The notes beneath the pieces were generated by a model. The model worked only from the letters and a program-made list of their open reading frames with translations, made no database searches and was not told where the DNA came from. From positions 1 through 52,192 of the forward strand of contig JBLIKD010000001.1 in assembly GCA_047636275.1 (NCBI GenBank): 52,192 bases of DNA. Direction: 5' to 3'. Position numbers and translations under genes: made by a program. The stretch is from Flavobacterium sp. GTDB lineage: Bacteria > Bacteroidota > Bacteroidia > Flavobacteriales > Flavobacteriaceae. Position 1 is the stretch's first letter. Each line of letters starts with the position of its first letter. Positions 29,670-39,718 of the stretch are shown here, one piece after another.

Positions 29670-30763
29670 GACTACTTTACTTAGTTCCCAATATAAATAA
29701 TGAAGGTGGAGTCGCAAGAACACTTGCTATAAAAACGAACTTACTTATCGAGAGCTGGAATTATGAAGTATATATTCTTACGCAAAACAAGGGCAATTCG
29801 GCTCCTTTTTATGATTTCAACGATAAGGTTGTATTTAGTGATATGACTTTAAAAGGAAGCGGATTCCAATTTTTGAATACGTATTGGAAATCAGTGTTAG
29901 AACAAATAGCTCTCATAGAGCCAGATGTTGTTGTCGTTTGTGATAATGGTTTAAAGGCCTTTACAGTTCCGTTTATAGTTAAAACTAAAGTTCCTGTTGT
30001 TTTTGAATGCCATGGTTCCAAATTCCTTGAAGAAACTAAAAACAGATATGGTCTTTTTTCTAAAGGAATGCGGGTTTTAAAATACAATTATAAAAAATTT
30101 GGAGCTAAAAATTTTACAAAGTTTGTAGCATTATCCAACATAAGTTTAGCAGAATGGGATCTAAAGAATGCTGTAGTCATACCAAATCCTTCTTGGTTAC
30201 AATCAAAAAAAATAGCGGAGCTGCAAAATAAAAAAGTAATAGCAGTTGCCCGAAATTCATTTGAAAAAGGTTTGGATCGACTTTTGCCACTTTGGCAAAA
30301 AGTATCTGCAAAACATCCAGATTGGGTTTTAGAAATTTATGGAAAAGATACGACTTCCTTACAAGTAGTCGCTGAAAAGGGAGGGATTAATACTACTGTA
30401 CATTTTTATGAACCAGTAAAAAATATTGCTGATAAATATAGGGAAGCCTCCATATTTGTGATGACCTCCCGTCAAGAAGGTTTTCCGATGGCTCTGATTG
30501 AAGCAATGGCTTCGGGCTTGCCTTGTGTTGCCTATGACTGTCCTTGTGGTCCAAGAGCAATTATAGACGCTGATGAAGACGGATTCCTTGTTCAAGATGG
30601 AAATGAAGATGATTTTGTAGAAAAATTAAACAGATTAATAGAAGAAGTAAACTTGAGAAAGTCAGTAGGGAGTAAAGCAACTGAAAGTGTTGCTCAATAT
30701 GATAGCGATACTATTATGAACAAATGGAATGATTTATTCCTACAGTTAGTGGCCTGCAATTGA
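29666..30763 (+). CDS. GT4 glycosyltransferase
   Basis: GGVAR, EKG and SRQEGFPMALIEAM. Confidence 0.92.
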   Translation: MRLLYLVPNINNEGGVARTLAIKTNLLIESWNYEVYILTQNKGNSAPFYDFNDKVVFSDMTLKGSGFQFLNTYWKSVLEQIALIEPDVVVVCDNGLKAFTVPFIVKTKVPVVFECHGSKFLEETKNRYGLFSKGMRVLKYNYKKFGAKNFTKFVALSNISLAEWDLKNAVVIPNPSWLQSKKIAELQNKKVIAVARNSFEKGLDRLLPLWQKVSAKHPDWVLEIYGKDTTSLQVVAEKGGINTTVHFYEPVKNIADKYREASIFVMTSRQEGFPMALIEAMASGLPCVAYDCPCGPRAIIDADEDGFLVQDGNEDDFVEKLNRLIEEVNLRKSVGSKATESVAQYDSDTIMNKWNDLFLQLVACN

Positions 30764-31654
30764 TTTTTGATTTTGTAGATAGCAAAAATAACCCAACTTA
30801 AAAAGATCAAATGCAAATAGTGACGGTTTTGTTGAGAGAAGATTGTTTTTGAGAAGTGTTTCTGTTTTTTTAAAAGAGCCTGCAGCTAATCTAATAAGCC
30901 CCATTTTATTTAAAAGTATGTAGGCAGATACTATTTTGCTTTGTATATGGATGTGTTTTTTAGACTCAAAAATAAAAGCTAAGTTCTCTAAAGCTATTTT
31001 TGTTTTTTTTAGAAATAATTCAGAAGTTTCTAAGTTCAAGTGGAAAGTAGGGTTGTCACAATGATTTATTGTAAATCTACAGGATTCTAATACCATTAGA
31101 AAACACAAGTCTTCATAACCGTAGTTTGTTATTGTAATGTCAAAAGGATACTCAGTAAAGATCTCTTTTTTAATAAGTAAATTGGAAGTTAGGGCACTGC
31201 TGTTTGGCTTTTTATTCCTTAGATCTAATGAAAGAGCCTCTCTTTTTATTCCGTAGATCCAGCGCAGTAAATTTTCTTTATCCGGTCTTACACTTTCATA
31301 AATAATTCCGCCATAAAGAACCCCTGCTTTTCCTTCTTCAATGTGTTGTACGTAATTTCTAATGTATTCGCTATTTTTGGGGAAAGTATCGCAATCTACA
31401 ATAATCAAATACTCTTTAGTGGCTTGATTCGCGATTGTATTTATGTTTTTTCCTCTTCCCAAATTAGTTTTATTTCTCGAAAAACGACAATTTTTTAAAG
31501 TGTTTATTTCTTGATTTTCTTGTAGATATTCAGTAGAAAAATCATCCTGACAAAGTATTTCAAAATCAATCTTGGCTTCTATACACTGCTTCTGTAATTC
31601 TTTTACTAAAGGATAGGCATTATAATTGTATATGGGAATAAGGATAGAAAGCAT
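30746..31654 (-). CDS. GT2 glycosyltransferase
   Basis: SILIPIYN, QDD, VDCD and YGYED. Its ATG overlaps the stop codon of the FtsE-like gene. Confidence 0.9.
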   Translation of the reverse strand: MLSILIPIYNYNAYPLVKELQKQCIEAKIDFEILCQDDFSTEYLQENQEINTLKNCRFSRNKTNLGRGKNINTIANQATKEYLIIVDCDTFPKNSEYIRNYVQHIEEGKAGVLYGGIIYESVRPDKENLLRWIYGIKREALSLDLRNKKPNSSALTSNLLIKKEIFTEYPFDITITNYGYEDLCFLMVLESCRFTINHCDNPTFHLNLETSELFLKKTKIALENLAFIFESKKHIHIQSKIVSAYILLNKMGLIRLAAGSFKKTETLLKNNLLSTKPSLFAFDLFKLGYFCYLQNQKSIAGH

Positions 31655-32337
31655 TATACTGTTCTTTGAACTACTTCAAATATTTTAGAGTCTTCACATT
31701 TCAATGTTTTCGCCGGGAATTTCATTAACAAGGCATAATCATGAGTAGCCATTATTATCGTTTTTCCATTACCATTGATTTTTCTCAAAACTTCAAGTAC
31801 TTCAGCGCTTGTTTGCGGATCTAGATTTCCCGTTGGCTCATCAGCAAGGATAAGTTCGGGATCATTAAGCAATGCTCTGGCAATGGCGACACGTTGTTGT
31901 TCTCCACCGGAGATTTGATGTGGCATTTTACCGGCATAATCTTTCATGCCCACTTTATCCAATACCTCGTCAATTTTTCTGTCCATATCCTCTTTGATGG
32001 TCCACCCTGTCGCTTTAAGTACAAACAACATATTGTCTTTAATCGTACGATCCGGCAGTAATTTGAAGTCTTGAAATACAATACCTATTTTTCTTCTCAA
32101 AAAGGGTATGTCATTTTCTTTTAAGGTTGCCAAATCAAAATCTACGATATGTGCTTCACCTTCTACTAAAGGTAAGTCAGCATAAAGCGTTTTCATTAAA
32201 CTACTTTTACCTGATCCGGTTTTTCCAATTATGTATAAGAATTCACCATGGTTTACCTCTAAATTGATATTAGATAAAATAACGTTATCTTCTTGATAAA
32301 TGGTTACGTTTTTTAAAGAAAGGACCGCTTGAGACAT
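31654..32337 (-). CDS. ftsE: FtsE-like ABC ATPase
   Basis: [39 protein letters not shown] and ATHD. The ATG at 32337 is preferred. Confidence 0.85.
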   Translation of the reverse strand: MSQAVLSLKNVTIYQEDNVILSNINLEVNHGEFLYIIGKTGSGKSSLMKTLYADLPLVEGEAHIVDFDLATLKENDIPFLRRKIGIVFQDFKLLPDRTIKDNMLFVLKATGWTIKEDMDRKIDEVLDKVGMKDYAGKMPHQISGGEQQRVAIARALLNDPELILADEPTGNLDPQTSAEVLEVLRKINGNGKTIIMATHDYALLMKFPAKTLKCEDSKIFEVVQRTV

Positions 32338-32616
32338 AATTCGCTTTTGTTTATGTGGTAAAAGTAATAAGATAACGGTGGTATTCAAAATAAATTTCAT
32401 GTATACATTCGGATTGACATGAATATAAATACTAGAAGGGATAATCATAGTAGCGGGAATCCAATTATATTATAATTTGGGAATTTTAGAAAAAAGTAAA
32501 AGTGGTGTTTAGAGCTCCAGCTGCTACTGATAAAAAAAATCTTCATAATAAAACTGAAAGTAGATTCGTTATAGACCATAGAATATGATACATTTGAATA
32601 TTAAAAATAAAATAAA

Positions 32617-35600
32617 ATGCGTAAACTTTCCTGGCTTCTCTTGTTACTGGTTTTTGTTTCAAATTTTTCTGTTTTGGCACAAAAATCAACAATATATACC
32701 CATGAGTTAAAAGATTTTAATAAAGCACTTTCGTTGTTTAATGATAGTCAGTTTGCTTCATCCCAAATTATATTTGAAAAAGTAAAATCGGAAACAAATG
32801 ATGACGAACTAAAATCAGATTGTTCTTATTACGATGCGACTTGCGCCATTCGTTTGAACCAAGCCAATGCTGACATGCTTATGGAGCGTTTTGTTTCGGA
32901 TTATCCTACAAGCGTCAAGAGTAATCAGGCATTTATTGAAGCAGCACATTATTATTTTGATCAAGGAACCTATACTCAAGCTTTGCAGTGGTTTGAAAAG
33001 GTAAATGAAAGTCAATTGAATGGTAGTGAAAGAGATAAATTTAATTTCCAAAAAGGATACAGTTTCTTTAATGCAAAAAATAAAAAAGAAGCAACTACTT
33101 ATTTTAATAAGGTCATAAACTCTCAAGAGTACGGCTCGCAAGCCAAGTATTATTTGGGCTTTATGGCTTATGAGGGAGATGACTATAAGGAAGCAACAAA
33201 ATATTTTGATGCCGTTTCTGGTGAAGAAAAATACAAAGAAAAGCTTTCTTATTACCAAGCTGACATGAACTTTAAGTTGGGTAATTTTCAAAAAGCAATT
33301 GAGCTAGGCGACAAAGCGATGGTTAAATCGAATGCTATAGAAAAGTCAGAATTGAATAAAATCATTGGAGAAAGCTATTTTAACCTACAAAAATACGAGC
33401 AGGCGATTCCTTATTTAGCAGCATATAAAGGAAAAAAAGGGAAGTGGAATAATACTGATTATTACCAATTGGGTTATGCGTATCACAAGCAAAATGATTT
33501 TGAAAATGCTATTTCACAATTCAATAAAATCATAAACGGTAAAGATTTTGTAGCACAAAATGCCTATTACCATTTAGGAGAAAGTTACTTGAAGTTAGAT
33601 AAGAAACAAGAGGCTTTGAACGCTTTTAAAAATGCTTCTGAAATGCCGTTTGACTCTTCAATCCAGGAAGACGCGAGTCTGAACTATGCAAAATTAAGTT
33701 ATGAAATTGGGAATTCGTACCAAAGCGTACCTGCGGTTTTGTTGGTTTTTATCAAAAAATATCCAAATAACGCTAACCGTTCTGTAGTAGAGAAATTATT
33801 GATTGATTCGTATATCTCTTCAAAAAATTATAAGGAAGCATTCGTTTTATTGGAAAAAAACAGAAGCCCTGAGAATAAATTGGCATATCAAAAAGTTACT
33901 TTTTATAGAGGGTTGGAATTATATGCTGACAGGTACTATGCGGATGCATTAGTAATGTTTAAGAAATCTATCGATGGACAAATAGAGGCAGCAATAACAG
34001 CAAGAGCTACTTTCTGGAAGGCAGAAACGGCATATGTTTTAGATGATTATAAAAATGCATTATTAAGTTTTAGACAATTTTCAGGATTGTTTCGCGCTTC
34101 TTCTACTCCTGAATATAAAAATATCAATTACAATATCGCCTACACTTATTTCAAACTAAAGGAATACGATCAAGCTGCTACTTACTTTCAAAACCAAATT
34201 GAACTTGTAAAAGGTGATAAAGTTCGATTGACGGATTCTTATCTAAGATTAGGTGATTGTCAATTTGCAACTTCAAAATATTGGCCTGCAATGGAGGCGT
34301 ACAATAAAGCAATCGATATGAAGGGCGTTGATGCCGATTATGCTTATTATCAAAAAGCAATTTGTTACGGGTTTGTTGCCAAAAACGATAAAAAAATCGA
34401 AGAGTTGAATTCCTTTATACAAATGTATCCGAAATCCAATTACCGTGACGATGCCATGTACGAATTGGCAAACACGTATGTTGCGAGCGGAAAACAAGAT
34501 TTGGCTTTGAAAACATTTGATCGTTTAATTTCTGAATTTAAAAATGGATCGTATACTGCAAAATCAATTTTGCGTCAAGGATTGATTTATTACAATTCTG
34601 ATAGAAATGCGGATGCTTTAACAAAATTTAAAAGAGTAGTGTCTGATTTCCCTAAAACTCCTGAGGCACTTGAGGCAGTTTCAACAGCACGATTGATTTA
34701 TGTTGACGGTGGCAGAGTGGCTGAATATGCTACTTGGGTAAGAACCTTAGATTTTGTTGCAGTTACTGATGCAGATTTAGACAACGATACCTATGAATCA
34801 GCTTTAAAACAATTTGAACAGAACAATAACAAGCAGGCTATTTCTGGATTTATGGCGTATACAGCTAGTTTTCCGAGAGGGATACATTCTTTACCGGCTA
34901 ATTTCTACTTGGCGCAAGCGTACTTCTCTGAAGGATTAGAAACCAAATCGATTCCTAATTACGAATACGTAGTAGAGCAAACCAGAAGCGAATTTACGGA
35001 ACAATCTTTGGCTCGCTTGTCTCAAGTTTTATTAAAAAATAACGATAATGCAAAAGCGATCCCCGTATTACTTCGCCTGGAGAATGAAGCTGACTTTCCT
35101 CAAAACAAAGTCTTTGCGCAATCTAATTTAATGAAGTGTTATTATGATAAAAAAGATTATTTAAATTCAGTGATTTATGCTGATAAAGTGTTGAGTAATC
35201 CTAAAACGGATGATAATGTAAAAAGTGATGCGCAAATTATCATTGCTCGTTCAGCAATGCAAACAGGAGACGAAACAAAGGCGAGATCAGGATATACTAA
35301 ATTGCTTACGATTGCCAAAGGAGAATTAGCAGCAGAGGCCCTGTATTATGATGCTTATTTTAAAAATAAAGATGGGAAGTTTGAAAATTCAAATACAGCA
35401 GTTCAAAAACTGGCTAAAAATTATTCCGGTTACCGATACTTTGCTTCCAAAGGTTTAATTCTAATGGCCAAGAATTTCTACGGATTGAAAGATAGTTTTC
35501 AAGCGACTTATATTTTAGATAATGTGATTGAAAACTTTACGGATTTTCCAGATGTGATATCCGAAGCGAAAAAAGAATTGGATGCCATTAAAGCGGAAGA

Positions 35601-35631
35601 GTCTAAAACAAACTCATCGATCGTAAAATAA
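32617..35631 (+). CDS. Large exported TPR-repeat protein (1004 aa)
   Basis: Signal peptide (VLA-Q) followed by many TPR repeats, some BamD/CpoB-like (FIQMYPKSNYRDDAMYELA). TACATTTG at 32589-32596. Confidence 0.92.
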   Translation: MRKLSWLLLLLVFVSNFSVLAQKSTIYTHELKDFNKALSLFNDSQFASSQIIFEKVKSETNDDELKSDCSYYDATCAIRLNQANADMLMERFVSDYPTSVKSNQAFIEAAHYYFDQGTYTQALQWFEKVNESQLNGSERDKFNFQKGYSFFNAKNKKEATTYFNKVINSQEYGSQAKYYLGFMAYEGDDYKEATKYFDAVSGEEKYKEKLSYYQADMNFKLGNFQKAIELGDKAMVKSNAIEKSELNKIIGESYFNLQKYEQAIPYLAAYKGKKGKWNNTDYYQLGYAYHKQNDFENAISQFNKIINGKDFVAQNAYYHLGESYLKLDKKQEALNAFKNASEMPFDSSIQEDASLNYAKLSYEIGNSYQSVPAVLLVFIKKYPNNANRSVVEKLLIDSYISSKNYKEAFVLLEKNRSPENKLAYQKVTFYRGLELYADRYYADALVMFKKSIDGQIEAAITARATFWKAETAYVLDDYKNALLSFRQFSGLFRASSTPEYKNINYNIAYTYFKLKEYDQAATYFQNQIELVKGDKVRLTDSYLRLGDCQFATSKYWPAMEAYNKAIDMKGVDADYAYYQKAICYGFVAKNDKKIEELNSFIQMYPKSNYRDDAMYELANTYVASGKQDLALKTFDRLISEFKNGSYTAKSILRQGLIYYNSDRNADALTKFKRVVSDFPKTPEALEAVSTARLIYVDGGRVAEYATWVRTLDFVAVTDADLDNDTYESALKQFEQNNNKQAISGFMAYTASFPRGIHSLPANFYLAQAYFSEGLETKSIPNYEYVVEQTRSEFTEQSLARLSQVLLKNNDNAKAIPVLLRLENEADFPQNKVFAQSNLMKCYYDKKDYLNSVIYADKVLSNPKTDDNVKSDAQIIIARSAMQTGDETKARSGYTKLLTIAKGELAAEALYYDAYFKNKDGKFENSNTAVQKLAKNYSGYRYFASKGLILMAKNFYGLKDSFQATYILDNVIENFTDFPDVISEAKKELDAIKAEESKTNSSIVK

Positions 35632-35692
35632 AAATGAAGTAAGGACAATCATTGTAGTGTACCTGATATAAGTTTTTAAAATAATTCATAAA

Positions 35693-36559
35693 ATGAACAT
35701 TCCTTTTTACATCGTTGATGTCTTTTCAGAGCGCAAGTATGCTGGTAATCAATTGGCAGTTTTTTTAAATGCGGAATATCTACCAGAGAATCAAATGCAA
35801 AAAATAGCCGCCGAAATTAATTTTGCGGAAAGTACTTTTATTACTAAAATGAATCCTGATGAGGCTACGGCGCAAATTAGAATATTCACTCCAGTAAAGG
35901 AAATGCAGTTTGCAGGACATCCCATTATTGGGACGTCATGGGTATTGATGAATAAAATCTATAGTAATAATCCTCAAAAGAGTACTATAACGGTTCCTAT
36001 TGGTCCTATTCCAGTTTACCAATCAGAAGGTTTAGTATGGTTACAAGCAGCTCAACCACAATTTTTTGATGTTTTTTCAAAAGATGATTTTTTGTCTTTA
36101 ACTAACTTAGAAAGGAATGATTTTGATAGTCGATTTGATATTCAAGAAGTCACCACTGGTAGTGCTTTTGTAATCGTTCCCGTTAAAGATAAAAAGACAC
36201 TTGAAAAAATTGAGTTGGATAAAAATAAAACAGAGAAGTGGTTAGATGATCATTGTAAAACTGAGCATAAGGCATTATACTTTTTTTGCCTTGAAGATGC
36301 AACTCTTAGTAGTAGAATGCTATGTATCGAAAATAATCAGTTGATAGAGGATGCCGCTACGGGTAGTGCAAGCAGTTGCTTGCAAGCTTTTCTTTTAAAA
36401 TATCATACTCCTGTGATTGAAATGATTAATAATCAAGGAGAATTTATTAATAGGCCTTCACAAATCTATTTCAATGGAAAATTATGGGATGGACATTTTG
36501 ATATAAAAATTGGTGGAAAAACACAACTCATTGCAAAAGGAGAGTGGGAAACAGAATAG
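35693..36559 (+). CDS. PhzF family epimerase/isomerase
   Basis: VDVF..GNQLAV, AESTF, FAGHP and EDAATGSA. Confidence 0.92.
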   Translation: MNIPFYIVDVFSERKYAGNQLAVFLNAEYLPENQMQKIAAEINFAESTFITKMNPDEATAQIRIFTPVKEMQFAGHPIIGTSWVLMNKIYSNNPQKSTITVPIGPIPVYQSEGLVWLQAAQPQFFDVFSKDDFLSLTNLERNDFDSRFDIQEVTTGSAFVIVPVKDKKTLEKIELDKNKTEKWLDDHCKTEHKALYFFCLEDATLSSRMLCIENNQLIEDAATGSASSCLQAFLLKYHTPVIEMINNQGEFINRPSQIYFNGKLWDGHFDIKIGGKTQLIAKGEWETE

Positions 36560-36653
36560 CTACGAAGAACTAGGTAAATAATAGCAGGATGAAAAGAGAG
36601 TAATAGTAGATTAAGGCTAGTGCCTTTCTACTTAATTCTAAAAATATAAAAAT

Positions 36654-38420
36654 ATGAAATTCAATTTCCAAAATAAAATAACAATTGCCTTTTTTCTAAT
36701 GGTACTTCAGATTTCGTTTGCTCAAAAGAAAGAAGAGAATATTGGTTCTGAGGTCGTAAACGTTGTGAAGCCCTACACGGCTGCCATTTCGGATGCATTC
36801 AAGGTACCAGAGACTCCTGTTCTTGATGATGAGGGGAATGCAAAAAAAGAAACCATTAAATATTCTATTTTCTCTTTTCCTGTTGCTTCTACTTTTACTC
36901 CTTCAAAAGGAAAAGCTGAAGGGGTAGACAAGGCAAAACAAGAGCACATCTTTACTAATTATGCTACACTTGGATTTGGAAATTACAGAACATTAAATGC
37001 GGAATTATTTGTCAACCAGCAACTCAATAATAATGAGTATGTAGGGGCAATGTTTCGCCATCTTTCATCTCAGGGTGGAATTTCTGGTGTGGAGTTAGAC
37101 GATCGGTTTTATGATTCATCTATTGATTTGACGTACGGGGCCAATTATAATGATATGTCTTGGAATCTGAATTTAGGTTATAAAAACCAAATCTACAACT
37201 GGTATGGATTACCGGAAAATTTTGGTGCAACTTTAGAGTCCGAGGATCGATCTAGTTTGATTTATAGAATTGACCCACAGCATATTTACAATACGATTTC
37301 TTTTGGTGGTAAAATCGATTTTAACGAAGGCATCTTAAATGAAGCAAGTATGAATTTCAATCGTTTTACAGATGCTTTAGGCTCCGCTGAAAATAGGTTT
37401 TATATCAACCCTTCTTTACAGTTCGATGTCATGGATGAGTCGATTAAAACAGATATAACCGTTGATTACGTGGGGGGAAGTTTTGAATCTAATTATTTAA
37501 AGACTAATACGGAACCTTTAAAATATGGGTATACAAATTTTGGTATAGCACCTAGTTTTGTGATGCAAAAAGAAGACTGGACCTTGAATATAGGTGCTGC
37601 AGTATTTTATAGTTTAGATACTGAAAATAGTAATAATAAGCTTTACGTGTATCCTAAATTTAATGCTTCATACAAAGTAGTAGGGGACTTAATGATTTTT
37701 TATGCTGGTGCCGAAGGGAATTTACAGCAAAATTCCTATATGAATTTTGCAAATGAAAATTTATTTTTATCTCCTACTTTGGATATAAAACCAACAGACC
37801 AACAATATGATGTTTTTGCTGGTTTGAAAGGGAAAATAGTGAATAACGTGAGTTATAATATTCGTGGTTCCTATATAAATGAAAGGAATAGGGCATTGTT
37901 TAGAAGTAATGATTATGATGAAAATGTGTCAAACGAAGATTATGCCTTCGGGAACTCCTTTCAAGTCGTTTATGATGATATGAAAACGGTGAGTTTCTCA
38001 GGAGACTTGAAAGCTAATTTCTCAGACAATGTAACTTTTGGAATCAGCGGAACTTTCAGTAGTTATACCAATGATGTAGAGGAAGAAGCTTGGAATTTGC
38101 CAACGATTAAATTAAACTCCTCTATCGATTTTAATATCACTCCAAAATGGTTTGCGGGTGCTACTGCTTTTTATGTAGGGGAACGCAAGGATTTTAAAGT
38201 AAATTCAGATATTATTTATATCGTTGCTCCTAGCCAAAATCCAACAATCTTGAAATCATATTTCGATGTCAATGCCCATTTAGGCTATAAGTACAATACT
38301 CAATTGACTGGTTTTTTAAGAGCGAATAATATCACAAATAATGGTTATCAAAGGTGGTTGAATTACCCGGTTCAAAGTTTTCAACTTGTGATAGGTGCAA
38401 ATTATAAATTTGATTTTTAA
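36654..38420 (+). CDS. Outer-membrane beta-barrel protein (TonB-dependent receptor-like)
   Basis: Signal peptide, EVVNVV TonB-box-like stretch, amphipathic strands, NNI..Y...YP motif and terminal YKFDF. Confidence 0.85.
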   Translation: MKFNFQNKITIAFFLMVLQISFAQKKEENIGSEVVNVVKPYTAAISDAFKVPETPVLDDEGNAKKETIKYSIFSFPVASTFTPSKGKAEGVDKAKQEHIFTNYATLGFGNYRTLNAELFVNQQLNNNEYVGAMFRHLSSQGGISGVELDDRFYDSSIDLTYGANYNDMSWNLNLGYKNQIYNWYGLPENFGATLESEDRSSLIYRIDPQHIYNTISFGGKIDFNEGILNEASMNFNRFTDALGSAENRFYINPSLQFDVMDESIKTDITVDYVGGSFESNYLKTNTEPLKYGYTNFGIAPSFVMQKEDWTLNIGAAVFYSLDTENSNNKLYVYPKFNASYKVVGDLMIFYAGAEGNLQQNSYMNFANENLFLSPTLDIKPTDQQYDVFAGLKGKIVNNVSYNIRGSYINERNRALFRSNDYDENVSNEDYAFGNSFQVVYDDMKTVSFSGDLKANFSDNVTFGISGTFSSYTNDVEEEAWNLPTIKLNSSIDFNITPKWFAGATAFYVGERKDFKVNSDIIYIVAPSQNPTILKSYFDVNAHLGYKYNTQLTGFLRANNITNNGYQRWLNYPVQSFQLVIGANYKFDF

Positions 38421-38449
38421 TAGGGCTTTAAGCCAAAAAACGATAGCAT

Positions 38450-38485
38450 AAAAAAATGGCTTCCAGATTTTGGAAGCCATTTTTT
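38450..38485. terminator. Bidirectional intrinsic terminator
   Basis: AAAAAAATGGCTTCCA-GATT-TTGGAAGCCATTTTTT between convergent genes. Confidence 0.88.
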
Positions 38486-38504
38486 ATCTAATCTAAAAAT
38501 AGTG

Positions 38505-39050
38505 TTATTCCGTAAACGGAACTGCAACTCTAACTTTATCCCATCCAAAGTTTAAAACAATACCGTTATCAGCTTTGGTGAAAACCATAGAGAAATACTC
38601 TAGTGAATCAGCAGCTTCAGTAACTGGAACTTTTAATCGGGCAACATCATTAGTTTCTTTGTAGAAGTAGGATCCCCAAACATTCAAGTCTTTACTAATA
38701 ATTATAGTATAGCTGTCTTTTTCCGGAATAGCATATAACGTGTAAGTCCCAGCTTTAACCTTAGTTTCTCCTAACTTCATATCTTTATAAAGCGTAATTT
38801 CTGCTGCTTCATTTGCACCTGTTCTCCATACTTTTCCATCTGGAGCGAGTTCGTTTAAACTACGTCCTTTTAGCTGAGGCCTACTATAGGTCACTTTTGC
38901 AAGTTTGTCCGCATTTTTATAATCCGTAGGGTAGGAAGCCACATCCATAGGGCTTTTGTCAAGATCTGGAAATTTCTGGGCATTTGCATTTGTAAAAAGC
39001 AATAGCGCAAAGGCAGAAGCAATTGTAGCAATCAATGTTGATTTTTTCAT
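38505..39050 (-). CDS. DUF2911 domain exported protein
   Basis: Signal peptide, YSRPQLKGR, VWRTGANE, AGTYTLY and WG.Y. TACCTTTG at 39096-39103. Confidence 0.88.
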   Translation of the reverse strand: MKKSTLIATIASAFALLLFTNANAQKFPDLDKSPMDVASYPTDYKNADKLAKVTYSRPQLKGRSLNELAPDGKVWRTGANEAAEITLYKDMKLGETKVKAGTYTLYAIPEKDSYTIIISKDLNVWGSYFYKETNDVARLKVPVTEAADSLEYFSMVFTKADNGIVLNFGWDKVRVAVPFTE

Positions 39051-39268
39051 AGTTATGAATTATGGGGGTTTACATATTGAAATTAATATCTCAATCAAAG
39101 GTAAAGTTAAAAATTCCTGTCAAAATTCACTACAGATTTTTAAAAGGATTTAAAAAAAAGGTCTTAGGCTCTATAATAATAATATAACTTTGATAACTCT
39201 AATGCGATTTAGTCGTTGCGCACTTCAATGGGCAGCTACTGAAATGGGTGCATTTAAAAATAATAATT

Positions 39269-39718
39269 ATGATTTTCAAACAAAAGATATATCAGTATTA
39301 CTTACAACTCGTTCAAGACAGAATTGATGTGTTTGTAGATATGATTGCGGCGCTTACCGAGGACTCTAAAAACGATGCCAAAGGATCTGCAGGAGATAAA
39401 CACGAGACAGCATTATCCATGATGCATATCGAGCAGGAAAAACTGAATTATAAACTACGGGAAGTGGTTACCCAAAAAGCAATTCTAGATAAAATTGACC
39501 CTTTAAAAATTGCCGGAACTATAGTGGTGGGAAGTTTAGTGAAAGCAAACGGAATATACTTATACCTTAGTTTAGCATTACCTAAAATAAACATCGAAGG
39601 AGTTAATGTTATTGCTTTGTCTCCACAATCACCATTGGGAAATAAGTTGATGGGAAATGTAGTAGGTTTCACCTTTGAAATTAATAGTACAAAATACTTG
39701 ATAGAGGAGATTGCATAG
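39269..39718 (+). CDS. GreA/GreB-related hypothetical protein
   Basis: N-terminal coiled coil with SAGDKHET and a Gre-type C-terminal motif SPQSPLGNKLMG. TAACTTTG at 39185-39192. Confidence 0.75.
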   Translation: MIFKQKIYQYYLQLVQDRIDVFVDMIAALTEDSKNDAKGSAGDKHETALSMMHIEQEKLNYKLREVVTQKAILDKIDPLKIAGTIVVGSLVKANGIYLYLSLALPKINIEGVNVIALSPQSPLGNKLMGNVVGFTFEINSTKYLIEEIA

